From an uncultured bacterium (lineage in GTDB: Bacteria; JAGOEH01): DNA of 64,000 nucleotides. The position numbers were made by a program, and so were the translations under genes. Numbering within the stretch: position 1 is the first letter of the stretch; each line of letters begins with the position of its first letter. Below the pieces are notes generated by a model, which saw nothing but the letters and a program-made list of their open reading frames with translations, ran no database searches and had not been told where the DNA came from. Positions 56,400 to 64,000 of this stretch are shown here, in pieces. The stretch spans positions 124,001-188,000 of the forward strand of contig CAZWDO010000007.1 in assembly GCA_964632485.1 (NCBI GenBank), given 5' to 3'.

Positions 56400-59300
56400 T
56401 TATGGTTTAACCAGGCGAAAGCCTGTATCTTTACGACGTTCATACGGGTTAAGTCGGAAGCGTACTTTATTATGGAAAAAAGTGCCGTAATTTCTAAAAG
56501 CTATGCTTGCCCCCTTCAGGGTCATTTTGTCGCTGGGTTCAATACTGCGGGGGGAATGGTAAGGGGAAACCGTCCACTCCAGCGCATTCCCGAGCAAATG
56601 GCATATTCCCTCGGGTGTGGCGCCGCTACGATAGCTGTTCTGGCCAACTGCAAATACCGTATCATTATACCCCCATGCCAGATTATCCCAATTCATCCCG
56701 CCTTTCCATGGGTAATCGCGCCAGGGATAGCTAATTCGATAATCTTCCGTTTCTAACGTATCCAGATAAGCAGGGCCGCAGGCCATACGTTCCCATTCCT
56801 CCTCGGTTGGCAAACGCCAGCTTTCACCCAACTTACTACTCAACCAGCGGGCATACGCATCAGCCTCATACCAGGAAACTCCAGTTACCGGACCATCGGC
56901 CAGGGGTGAACGGGTGCCGGAATAATTGCCGCCGGCTGACCAGTCCAACGGATATTTCCAATTACTGTCCTGAACGACCAGCCACCCGTCGGGGCTCCAC
57001 CAATCAGCCCGACTGTAGCCGCTATCACTCACAAATACCGAGTACTCTTCGTTAGAGACTTCATAGACAGAGGCATAAAAATTACCAAGATACTCCTCTT
57101 CAATGGGAGTCTCGTCATTTTGATAAAAACTAGTCCGTAACGGTTGAAAAATCGTATCCCCCGGCAGAAAAGCGATCGTATCTTTGAAAAATGCTGTGTC
57201 AATTGGGTTGTGCCGTGTAACCGCAACGCTATCCAGCGCAGTCATATATTGCATCCATGCCAGAAACTTTGCGGCCAACGGTTTGTAATAAGTAATATTA
57301 TTCTGAACGACTTTTACCCATTGAACAATCTGATAAGCGCTATCAGAACCGATAAATGTACGAGCGGACGGTAAATAGACCACTTCAGGCGAAACTATAG
57401 TATGAGATTGGCCATTCGCTAACTGCCATAAACTATCCGATCGATCTGTCAATAACAAAGAAAAACGAATGGCTTCATGTGAATACCTATCCGCCGCTTC
57501 CAATTCAAAATTAATGGCGGAACCTGAAGCCTGACCCGTGGGTTGCCATTTTAAAATGCCATCTGACCAGTGAGCGTCCTCGGGACTTTTTACACTATAA
57601 TTGATCACATCATTGTCGGGATCTGAAACTTGCACCGTTTCTTCAAATACGGCGTGGATGGAATGCGAATACGGCGGACTATAATTGCTATAGGGAGAAC
57701 CGTTGTAGATATAGCCCTTGGCAGTGTCTTTAAGGATTAATTGCGTATTGAGAGAATATTGAAAAAAAAGAGATAGCGAATCCCCCCGTTTCACGCCGGC
57801 TTCAATCAATGGATTGATTTGGTGGGTTGCCAGAAATTTAACCTTTGGAAAGAGAGAATCTGCAGACTGATGCGCTGCGTTATATATCTTTTGGCGATAT
57901 TGGACACTAAGTTGAAAATCTTCAACCGTCACAGGGGATTCAGGATAAAAACGACGATAGAAGAAATTTTTCAAACGGCTGCTATAGCTCCAACTATCAG
58001 CCACATCAATATGACTCAATACTAATCCGCCAAAATTCAGTCGATGAACAAATTCAGTCTGCCAGTCAAGTCCTTTTTCCGTCGGTACAACCAGTTTTTC
58101 CTGATTGGATAATGCCACGACAAAAGAAAGCAAGGTATCAGACCACTGGATCAGAGTATTCTGGGAAGCCAAAGCGTTCCAGTTTTCAGAAACGGAGCTG
58201 CTGAGTTGCAACGTATCCTGATCCTGCAACGAATCAGCGGAAATTTTAAAATCCAGTAATCGGAAAAATGCCTCAGTGTCCTGACGCGCTATGGAATCCT
58301 GGCTCAGATAAAAAAATGTAGGATCTAATTGCCAATATATTTTACGGCTTTTCACCATAGATTGCAAACGAATCCATTCATTGGTTACCATTACAAAATC
58401 CACGGGTTGATACTGTTCGCGGGAAACGCGCGAATTTTGAGGCCAAACCCGAAGCTGGATTGAGTTGATATTGTTCCAGTTTTCGAACCATTGCAGTTGC
58501 GTCAGTAAAAACCAGGGAAGCGCAAAGGAGAACGTTTTATTTGGCCAGCGGCCGGCAAGCTCTCCCTGCAAAAAATTGACAAAATCCAAATACCCAGCGC
58601 AATTCTGCTGATCAACCTGCATGGCATAATCGACATGAATCCCGTCAAAATAAGTTGGCCCAAAATTCTGTAGCGCATCAATCATCTTTCGCGCATGATT
58701 TTCCCAGAGCGACGAACTTGCCCAAATCGAACGAAAATCCTTTGATTCATCATCACAATAAAACGAGACAACCAGAAGAGGAATCTCTACCGAACGTGTT
58801 TTGCGCAAAAAAAGAGGGGTTTCAATCGTATTTTCGTCAATGGTATGAAACACTGGGTACTGATAATAAACCGGAACATCTTCCGGAAATTTATAATTGG
58901 ACAATCCGGCAAACCCGTTGGCAGTCAATGGAAGCTCCAGCGCAACACCATTTGATGCCGAATCCACCTCCAACAGCTCCCCCAAGGTCAATTGGGCCGG
59001 AATATGCTCCAACCGGGTCCAGACTGATTGCTGGCGATAATCAATCATCGTGGTCAGCGCCGCTAAAGTATCGGCAGCCCTCTCCGCAACAACCAGCCGG
59101 AAGGGATCGAGATTCTCCTCAACCAGCGTATGTTTAATCCAAACATCCACTTGAGCCGTATCCGGGGAAAAAGTTGAAGAATCGGATCGAAAAAAAGCAA
59201 GACTAAAACTAATTAATAAACGGTTCCAGGCTGAAGGAACGGATTGGGTCAATTCAGTACGGTCAATATCAATGCGTAGGGTATCCTGATCCGCTAAAGA

Positions 59301-59504
59301 AGGTAAAATTAGTTGCAAAACGCCAAAATAATCAATAGTATCAGAAACTCCCGGCATGAGTGTATAACTTTTTTTTTCATAAATAATAGAAGTATCACGG
59401 GTATTCGTGGTCGATGAAGAACTGCAATAATATAAAAACAAAAACATCAATAAAAAAAGTGACCCGCAAAGGGTAACAAAATTTTTTTTTACTTGATATG
59501 GCAT
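56400..59504 (-). CDS. Large probable lipoprotein: ZU5-like region, degenerate GH18-like barrel, Ig-like domain, C-terminal FGE-sulfatase (SUMF1-like) domain
   Basis: Hydrophobic leader ending in Cys; FDGIHVDYA; VSDPDND...LKWQPT; YEVSNEEY, PVTGVSWYEADAYARW, RLPTEEEWE, GNALEW, GFRLV. Confidence 0.75.
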   Translation of the reverse strand: MPYQVKKNFVTLCGSLFLLMFLFLYYCSSSSTTNTRDTSIIYEKKSYTLMPGVSDTIDYFGVLQLILPSLADQDTLRIDIDRTELTQSVPSAWNRLLISFSLAFFRSDSSTFSPDTAQVDVWIKHTLVEENLDPFRLVVAERAADTLAALTTMIDYRQQSVWTRLEHIPAQLTLGELLEVDSASNGVALELPLTANGFAGLSNYKFPEDVPVYYQYPVFHTIDENTIETPLFLRKTRSVEIPLLVVSFYCDDESKDFRSIWASSSLWENHARKMIDALQNFGPTYFDGIHVDYAMQVDQQNCAGYLDFVNFLQGELAGRWPNKTFSFALPWFLLTQLQWFENWNNINSIQLRVWPQNSRVSREQYQPVDFVMVTNEWIRLQSMVKSRKIYWQLDPTFFYLSQDSIARQDTEAFFRLLDFKISADSLQDQDTLQLSSSVSENWNALASQNTLIQWSDTLLSFVVALSNQEKLVVPTEKGLDWQTEFVHRLNFGGLVLSHIDVADSWSYSSRLKNFFYRRFYPESPVTVEDFQLSVQYRQKIYNAAHQSADSLFPKVKFLATHQINPLIEAGVKRGDSLSLFFQYSLNTQLILKDTAKGYIYNGSPYSNYSPPYSHSIHAVFEETVQVSDPDNDVINYSVKSPEDAHWSDGILKWQPTGQASGSAINFELEAADRYSHEAIRFSLLLTDRSDSLWQLANGQSHTIVSPEVVYLPSARTFIGSDSAYQIVQWVKVVQNNITYYKPLAAKFLAWMQYMTALDSVAVTRHNPIDTAFFKDTIAFLPGDTIFQPLRTSFYQNDETPIEEEYLGNFYASVYEVSNEEYSVFVSDSGYSRADWWSPDGWLVVQDSNWKYPLDWSAGGNYSGTRSPLADGPVTGVSWYEADAYARWLSSKLGESWRLPTEEEWERMACGPAYLDTLETEDYRISYPWRDYPWKGGMNWDNLAWGYNDTVFAVGQNSYRSGATPEGICHLLGNALEWTVSPYHSPRSIEPSDKMTLKGASIAFRNYGTFFHNKVRFRLNPYERRKDTGFRLVKP

Positions 59505-60247
59505 ATTGGGATCGTGATAATCTGCGTTTCGCTCCTGATTTTTAGCGCATAAACCCCGGAGGGACAGTCAGAAGGCCACTCGAATGGGCTTCCCGGCGGA
59601 ATAACCGCCAACGATCGTCCCAGCAAATCATAAAGCTGACAGGAGGAAACAGGCAATTGAGTGTGAATGGAAAAAGAATGACGCGACGGGTTGGGTTCGA
59701 TTTGTACTCGGGCGCGGTTTCTCTGGTTTTTCATAAATTGACTGGATTCGCTTTCAATAATCAGCGAATCTACAATACGGTAAACCGAATCGAGTTGCAG
59801 CCAGGAACTATAACCCGTTACGGTTGCGTATTGTTTAAGATTATAAAAAAACAATAGTGTCGGCGCCACGGATAAATTTACGTTCAGAGTTCTATCGCTG
59901 CCGACAAAATGGCGAAAATCATCCTTCCAGGTCAGAGAATCCCGCGAAACCAGCGTATCGCGCCAGGCGCGCACCAATGTAGAGGATTCGCTGGAAACGA
60001 ACCAGAATTGAACCGGCCGGCTGCTTAATGGCAACCACTGCTTCAGAGCCGCCATTTGTGGACGGGTATAAAGATTGAAAGTACGACCAAGAGTCGCTAC
60101 GATCAACGTATCTTCAATGCTATGCAAATTCAGCGTATCGCCATCTACATCCGTCGTTCGGTAGGCCGGCGCCGCTGTCTGACCCCAAATAACAGCGCTC
60201 ATGATGGTAAGGATGAAAAATAGTAACAAGCGATAATAATATTGCAT
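59489..60247 (-). CDS. Secreted protein with redoxin-like N-domain (no CxxC) and T9SS type-A-like C-terminal sorting domain
   Basis: Signal peptide; APAYRTTDVDGDTLNL; C-terminal IEPNP...LYDLLGR...PSGVYALKI. Confidence 0.72.
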   Translation of the reverse strand: MQYYYRLLLFFILTIMSAVIWGQTAAPAYRTTDVDGDTLNLHSIEDTLIVATLGRTFNLYTRPQMAALKQWLPLSSRPVQFWFVSSESSTLVRAWRDTLVSRDSLTWKDDFRHFVGSDRTLNVNLSVAPTLLFFYNLKQYATVTGYSSWLQLDSVYRIVDSLIIESESSQFMKNQRNRARVQIEPNPSRHSFSIHTQLPVSSCQLYDLLGRSLAVIPPGSPFEWPSDCPSGVYALKIRSETQIITIPICHIK

Positions 60248-60645
60248 GAGCTAATATTAAAACAAAATCCCATAAAAAACAAGAAAAAAATTCGCAAATT
60301 CCTTTTTTTTTATAGATAAGCTTGTCTACATTCCGAAAAACGCTATATTTAAATACAGAATATGCCGCGACAGGGTTTTCCAAATTTGCCGCAGGGAAGA
60401 ACAATCCCGCTAAATCCTGATCGAATTGCCCGTCTGAATGGTTAATAAATCCAAGCGTTTCGATCGAATATAAAATCATATTTTGTCCCTAATTCAGAAG
60501 GATAGAGCAACGAGCATGCTGTTTTCCCCAGCGATAAACGGATTTGAATGACGAAAAAAACCGTGAAGTTTATTAACGCAAGATGCTACAGACAGAAATG
60601 ACTTATTAATAATAAAAAGCCACCCTATCCAAAAAGGAGGATCCC

Positions 60646-62280
60646 ATGCCGGATTCCGTCTATTCCATTCCCGTACCTGTCAATGAACCTATACGCAGCT
60701 ATGCCCCGGGATCAGCCGAAAAAAACGAATTGAAGATTAAAATTAGCGAACTGAGTCAACAGCCCATTGAAATTCCGCTGATTATTAATGGAAAGGAAGT
60801 GCGCACCGGGAAACTGGGGCGCTGTGTGATGCCCCATCGCCACGAACACCAATTGGCCGTATTCCATCAAGCAGGGGAATCAGAAGTCGCCCAGGCTATT
60901 GAGAGCGCGCTTCGCGCGAAGAAGGATTGGGAACGCATGCCATGGGAGCACCGGGCAGCAATTTTCCTAAAAGCCGCAGATCTGCTTTGCGCTCCCTGGC
61001 GCGCCACTCTTAATGCCGCCACTATGCTCAATCTATCCAAAACCGTCTATCAAGCAGAGATCGACGCCGCGTGCGAACTGGCGGATTTCTTTCGCTTCAA
61101 TGCCTGGTATCTGCAAAAAATCTACACTGATCAACCCTTAAACAGTCCGACTATCTGGAATCGTGTTGAATACCGTCCTCTGGAAGGATTCATTTTCGCG
61201 GTAACCCCTTTCAATTTTATTTCCATCGGCGGCAATTTACCCACCACTCCGGTATTTTGTGGCAATGTCGCTCTGTGGAAACCAGCTTCCTCAGCGGTAT
61301 TCCCTGCATGGTTCGTAATGAGGATTCTGATGGAGGCGGGTTTGCCCGACGGGATTATTAATTTCATTCCCGGACCTGGCAGAGAAGTGGGCGAGCCGGT
61401 CCTTAATTCGCCTCATCTAGCCGGCATCCATTTTACAGGGTCCACAGCCACTTTCCAGCAAATGTGGAGACATATCGGTGAAAACATTAGCCACTATCAC
61501 GCATACCCCCGCATTATCGGTGAAACAGGAGGCAAGGATTTTATATTCGTCCATGCTTCGGCTGACCTGAGAGCTTCCGCTGTTGCGCTGATTCGCGGCG
61601 CTTTTGAGTACCAGGGACAAAAATGCTCGGCAGCTTCACGCGCCTATATTCCCCAATCGCTTTGGAACCGTTTGAGGAAGGAGTTGCAAACCCTTGCAAG
61701 TGAAATCAAAATGGGCGATCCCTCCGATTTCACTACCTTCATGGGCGCCGTCATCGACGCTTCCGCATACCGCAATATTACCGGCTATATCCAACACGCG
61801 CAGAAACGACCTGATGAATATACCACTATTTACGGCGGCTCTTATAATGATGAAGAGGGTTATTTCATCGAACCTAATATCATCCAGGCCATCAACCCTC
61901 AAGCTAAACTTATGACCGAGGAAATCTTTGGGCCTGTATTGACACTCTATGTCTATCCCGACGAACACTACGTCGAGACACTCGAACTCTGTAACCGGAC
62001 ATCCCCCTATGGATTAACAGGCGCGATCCTGGCAAACGATCGAACCGCCATTCTTCAGGCGGAAACCATTTTACGCCATGCTGCGGGCAATTTCTACATC
62101 AACGACAAACCGACCGGCGCGGTCGTGGGTCAGCAACCCTTCGGCGGTGGCAGAGCCTCCGGCACCAACGACAAAGCCGGTTCCTATATGAATATGCTTA
62201 GATGGATCAGCGCTCGCGCGATTAAAGAAAATTTTTCAACCCCCAAACAGCTCATCTATCCCTCCATGCTGGAATCATAG
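60646..62280 (+). CDS. pruA: 1-pyrroline-5-carboxylate (L-glutamate gamma-semialdehyde) dehydrogenase
   Basis: EIDAACE, PFNF, FTGST, GETGGK, FEYQGQKCSAASR, EEIFGP, SGTNDKAG; AAGGAGG SD. Confidence 0.95.
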   Translation: MPDSVYSIPVPVNEPIRSYAPGSAEKNELKIKISELSQQPIEIPLIINGKEVRTGKLGRCVMPHRHEHQLAVFHQAGESEVAQAIESALRAKKDWERMPWEHRAAIFLKAADLLCAPWRATLNAATMLNLSKTVYQAEIDAACELADFFRFNAWYLQKIYTDQPLNSPTIWNRVEYRPLEGFIFAVTPFNFISIGGNLPTTPVFCGNVALWKPASSAVFPAWFVMRILMEAGLPDGIINFIPGPGREVGEPVLNSPHLAGIHFTGSTATFQQMWRHIGENISHYHAYPRIIGETGGKDFIFVHASADLRASAVALIRGAFEYQGQKCSAASRAYIPQSLWNRLRKELQTLASEIKMGDPSDFTTFMGAVIDASAYRNITGYIQHAQKRPDEYTTIYGGSYNDEEGYFIEPNIIQAINPQAKLMTEEIFGPVLTLYVYPDEHYVETLELCNRTSPYGLTGAILANDRTAILQAETILRHAAGNFYINDKPTGAVVGQQPFGGGRASGTNDKAGSYMNMLRWISARAIKENFSTPKQLIYPSMLES

Positions 62281-62318
62281 GAGATTTCCTGGAAATAATT
62301 GAGCGATTATAAATGATC

Positions 62319-62358
62319 ACTGCCGGGGAATCCAAATTTTAATGGGTTCCCTGGCGGT
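62319..62358 (+). terminator. Long stem-loop after pruA
   Basis: ACTGCCGGGGAATCCA-N8-TGGGTTCCCTGGCGGT pairs over 16 bp with G-U pairs; lacks a clear U-tract. Confidence 0.55.
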
Positions 62359-62559
62359 TACGCTTCAGGAAGCATTGGAATTTAACCGCCAGGAAGCATT
62401 GACGGCTATCGGAAGCAATTTTCGGGAAGAAAAAATTGCAGTATGAAGCGCTATGAATTGCTGGAATACCTGAGATCGAAAGGTTGCGGCTTGCTGAGAG
62501 AAAGGGGAAATAGAAGGAATATCAGCGGCCGGGTAAAATATTTTAACGACGTTGAGTAA
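62342..62559 (+). pseudogene. Remnant of a hicB-hicA toxin-antitoxin pair
   Basis: 62342-62446 encodes MGSLAVTLQEALEFNRQEALTAIGSNFREEKIAV (HicB-like C-terminal part). It overlaps by ATGA with 62443-62559 MKRYELLEYLRSKGCGLLRE... (HicA-like N-terminus that then loses similarity). Confidence 0.6.
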
Positions 62560-62680
62560 AAAATTTAACGCGGGACGGGAAGGCTGAAGGGCGCATTTTC
62601 CGATGGCAACAAATGCAAGCGCTTGGAAAAATGTCGGTTACACGGTATACTGACGAAGGAGGGGCAACCGGCATTTCCGA

Positions 62681-62696
62681 CGGCATGGAAAATGCT
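62681..62696 (+). promoter_or_regulatory. Candidate sigma54 promoter for the repeat protein
   Basis: CGGCATG-GAAA-ATGCT with correct GG/GC spacing, about 57 nt upstream of ATG 62754. Confidence 0.5.
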
Positions 62697-62753
62697 TATT
62701 AATAACGTATGTATGTGGATCATCGCAACTGAATTTTTACTGAAAGGAGCGTT

Positions 62754-64000
62754 ATGAAACAAGCGGGTTTGCATGGATGGCCAGGCGTGAAGCGCTGGAT
62801 GGCGGCTGCGGGGCTGTGGCTGCTGCTGGCGGGGACGCTCAGAGCCCAGGGCCTCCAGTACGGCATGGAATTTCAGGTCAATACATATACTGAAAGTTAT
62901 CAGATATTTCCTTCCATCGCTTCTTCTCATGACGGAACATTTATCATCGCCTGGACTTCTGGCGGTCAGGAACGAAAGCAAAAAGATATTTTTGCCAAAA
63001 GCTTCAACATTCAGGGAAATGAATCCGAAGAATTCCAGGTCAATACCATAACTGGATATGACCAGGATTTTGCTTCTGTAACTGCGTTACCAAATGGAGA
63101 TTTCGCCATTGCCTGGCAGACATTTGATAGCGCTCCCCAAGGAAATTGGGACATTTCAGCCCAACGATTCGATGATGAGGGCAACAAGCTCGGCAGTGAA
63201 TTCAGGGTCAATACTACTTATGCAGCACGTGCTCAAAAGAATCCCGCCCTTACCACCCTTTCCGGCGGTGGATTCGTCATCGTATGGGAATCTTGCGGCT
63301 ATGCTTCAGATGCACAGGATGGATCTGATTGCGGTATTTTCGCCCAGCGTTTCGACTGCCAGGGCAGCAAGCTCGAAGGAGAATTCCAGGTCAATACGTA
63401 TACTGTTAACGATCAGTATGATCCCGCCATTGCCGCTCTGCCCGACGGAGGATTCGTCGTTTGCTGGACAAGCAATGGGCAGGATGGATCTTATACTGGT
63501 ATTTTCGCTCGATACTTCGATGCCAAGGCCTCTGAACCCGGGGTTGAATTCCAGGTCAACACCTGCACTCAAGATTCTGAAAGTTATTCATGTATTGCTG
63601 CCCTGACCGGCGGTAGTTTCGTTATTACCTGGTTGAGTTATTATTCTGGTAGTCTTTGTGCCCAGCGTTTCGACGGAAAGGGCAATAAGCTCGGCGGTGA
63701 ATTTCGGATTACAAACTCTAACGTCAATTTATTTCATTCCATTGCCGCCTTGCCCGACGGAGGTTTCGTAGTTGTTTGGGAATCTTGGCATAGAAATGGA
63801 GCGGAGTGGATTTGGGACATTTCCGCCCAGCGTTTCGACGCTCAGGGCAATAAGATCGGATTTGAGTTCCCGGTCAGTACGTTTTCTTCCAATACATATT
63901 ATAATAAGTCTGGCCCCTGTATCTCCGTCTTGCCTGATGGCGATTTCGTCATTGCCTGGAGTTCCTATGGTCAGGATGGATCCGACTGGGGCGTTTTCGC
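62754..64000 (+). CDS. Secreted EFQVNT-repeat (beta-propeller-like) protein, 3'-truncated by window edge; absent from ORF track
   Basis: AAAGGAG SD; signal peptide ...LLLAGTLRA-Q; seven ~55-63 aa repeats EF(Q/R)VNT...P.IAALPDGGFV..W...DG...IFAQRFD. Confidence 0.85.
   Translation, partial: MKQAGLHGWPGVKRWMAAAGLWLLLAGTLRAQGLQYGMEFQVNTYTESYQIFPSIASSHDGTFIIAWTSGGQERKQKDIFAKSFNIQGNESEEFQVNTITGYDQDFASVTALPNGDFAIAWQTFDSAPQGNWDISAQRFDDEGNKLGSEFRVNTTYAARAQKNPALTTLSGGGFVIVWESCGYASDAQDGSDCGIFAQRFDCQGSKLEGEFQVNTYTVNDQYDPAIAALPDGGFVVCWTSNGQDGSYTGIFARYFDAKASEPGVEFQVNTCTQDSESYSCIAALTGGSFVITWLSYYSGSLCAQRFDGKGNKLGGEFRITNSNVNLFHSIAALPDGGFVVVWESWHRNGAEWIWDISAQRFDAQGNKIGFEFPVSTFSSNTYYNKSGPCISVLPDGDFVIAWSSYGQDGSDWGVF

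Noticed and set aside
56400-56560. C-terminal FGE-sulfatase/CLec-type domain as a diversity-generating retroelement target
   Set aside because: I saw no reverse transcriptase and no second copy (template repeat) of the 3' end in the window. A remote DGR cannot be excluded but is unsupported.
62800-64000. DNA-level repeats (GAATTCCAGGTCAA, GCCCAGCGTTTCGAC) as a CRISPR-like array
   Set aside because: Spacing of ~170-190 nt, degenerate copies and a continuous reading frame show they are coding repeats; no cas genes are present.

Overview
Bacterial chromosomal window, probably from a flagellated FCB-group lineage. This is inferred from T9SS/FlgD-Ig-like C-terminal sorting domains and a Bacteroidota-type conserved protein next to a full flagellar export cluster. 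Left to right it contains: (1) accC(partial)-accD-accA; (2) a six-gene minus-strand signalling operon: TonB-dependent receptor, YfiR-family protein, CHASE8/HAMP-GAF-coiled-coil hybrid kinase with 3 receivers, CheR, stand-alone CheB and a second hybrid kinase; (3) a PAS-PAS HisKA_2 kinase, a MORN-repeat serine protease, an unannotated 39-aa membrane peptide, an MCP fragment and an MCP with an unusual C-terminal repeat domain; (4) several secreted or hypothetical proteins; (5) a ~30 kb flagellar operon (flgB to fliA) behind a clear sigma54 promoter, with a 1395-aa FliK, a 706-aa FlgE, an inserted lytic transglycosylase, two FlhG/MinD-like ATPases, a Na+-type stator and a structured RNA leader before flgE; (6) an LD-carboxypeptidase downstream of two apparent pseudo-enzyme surface proteins; (7) pruA, a decayed hicBA remnant and the start of a secreted EFQVNT-repeat protein. 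I recognised no rRNA, tRNA, CRISPR array or intact mobile element. The best candidate for a new system is the TBDR-YfiR-kinase-CheR/CheB trans-envelope signalling operon. All family calls come from motif recognition by eye, not from database searches.
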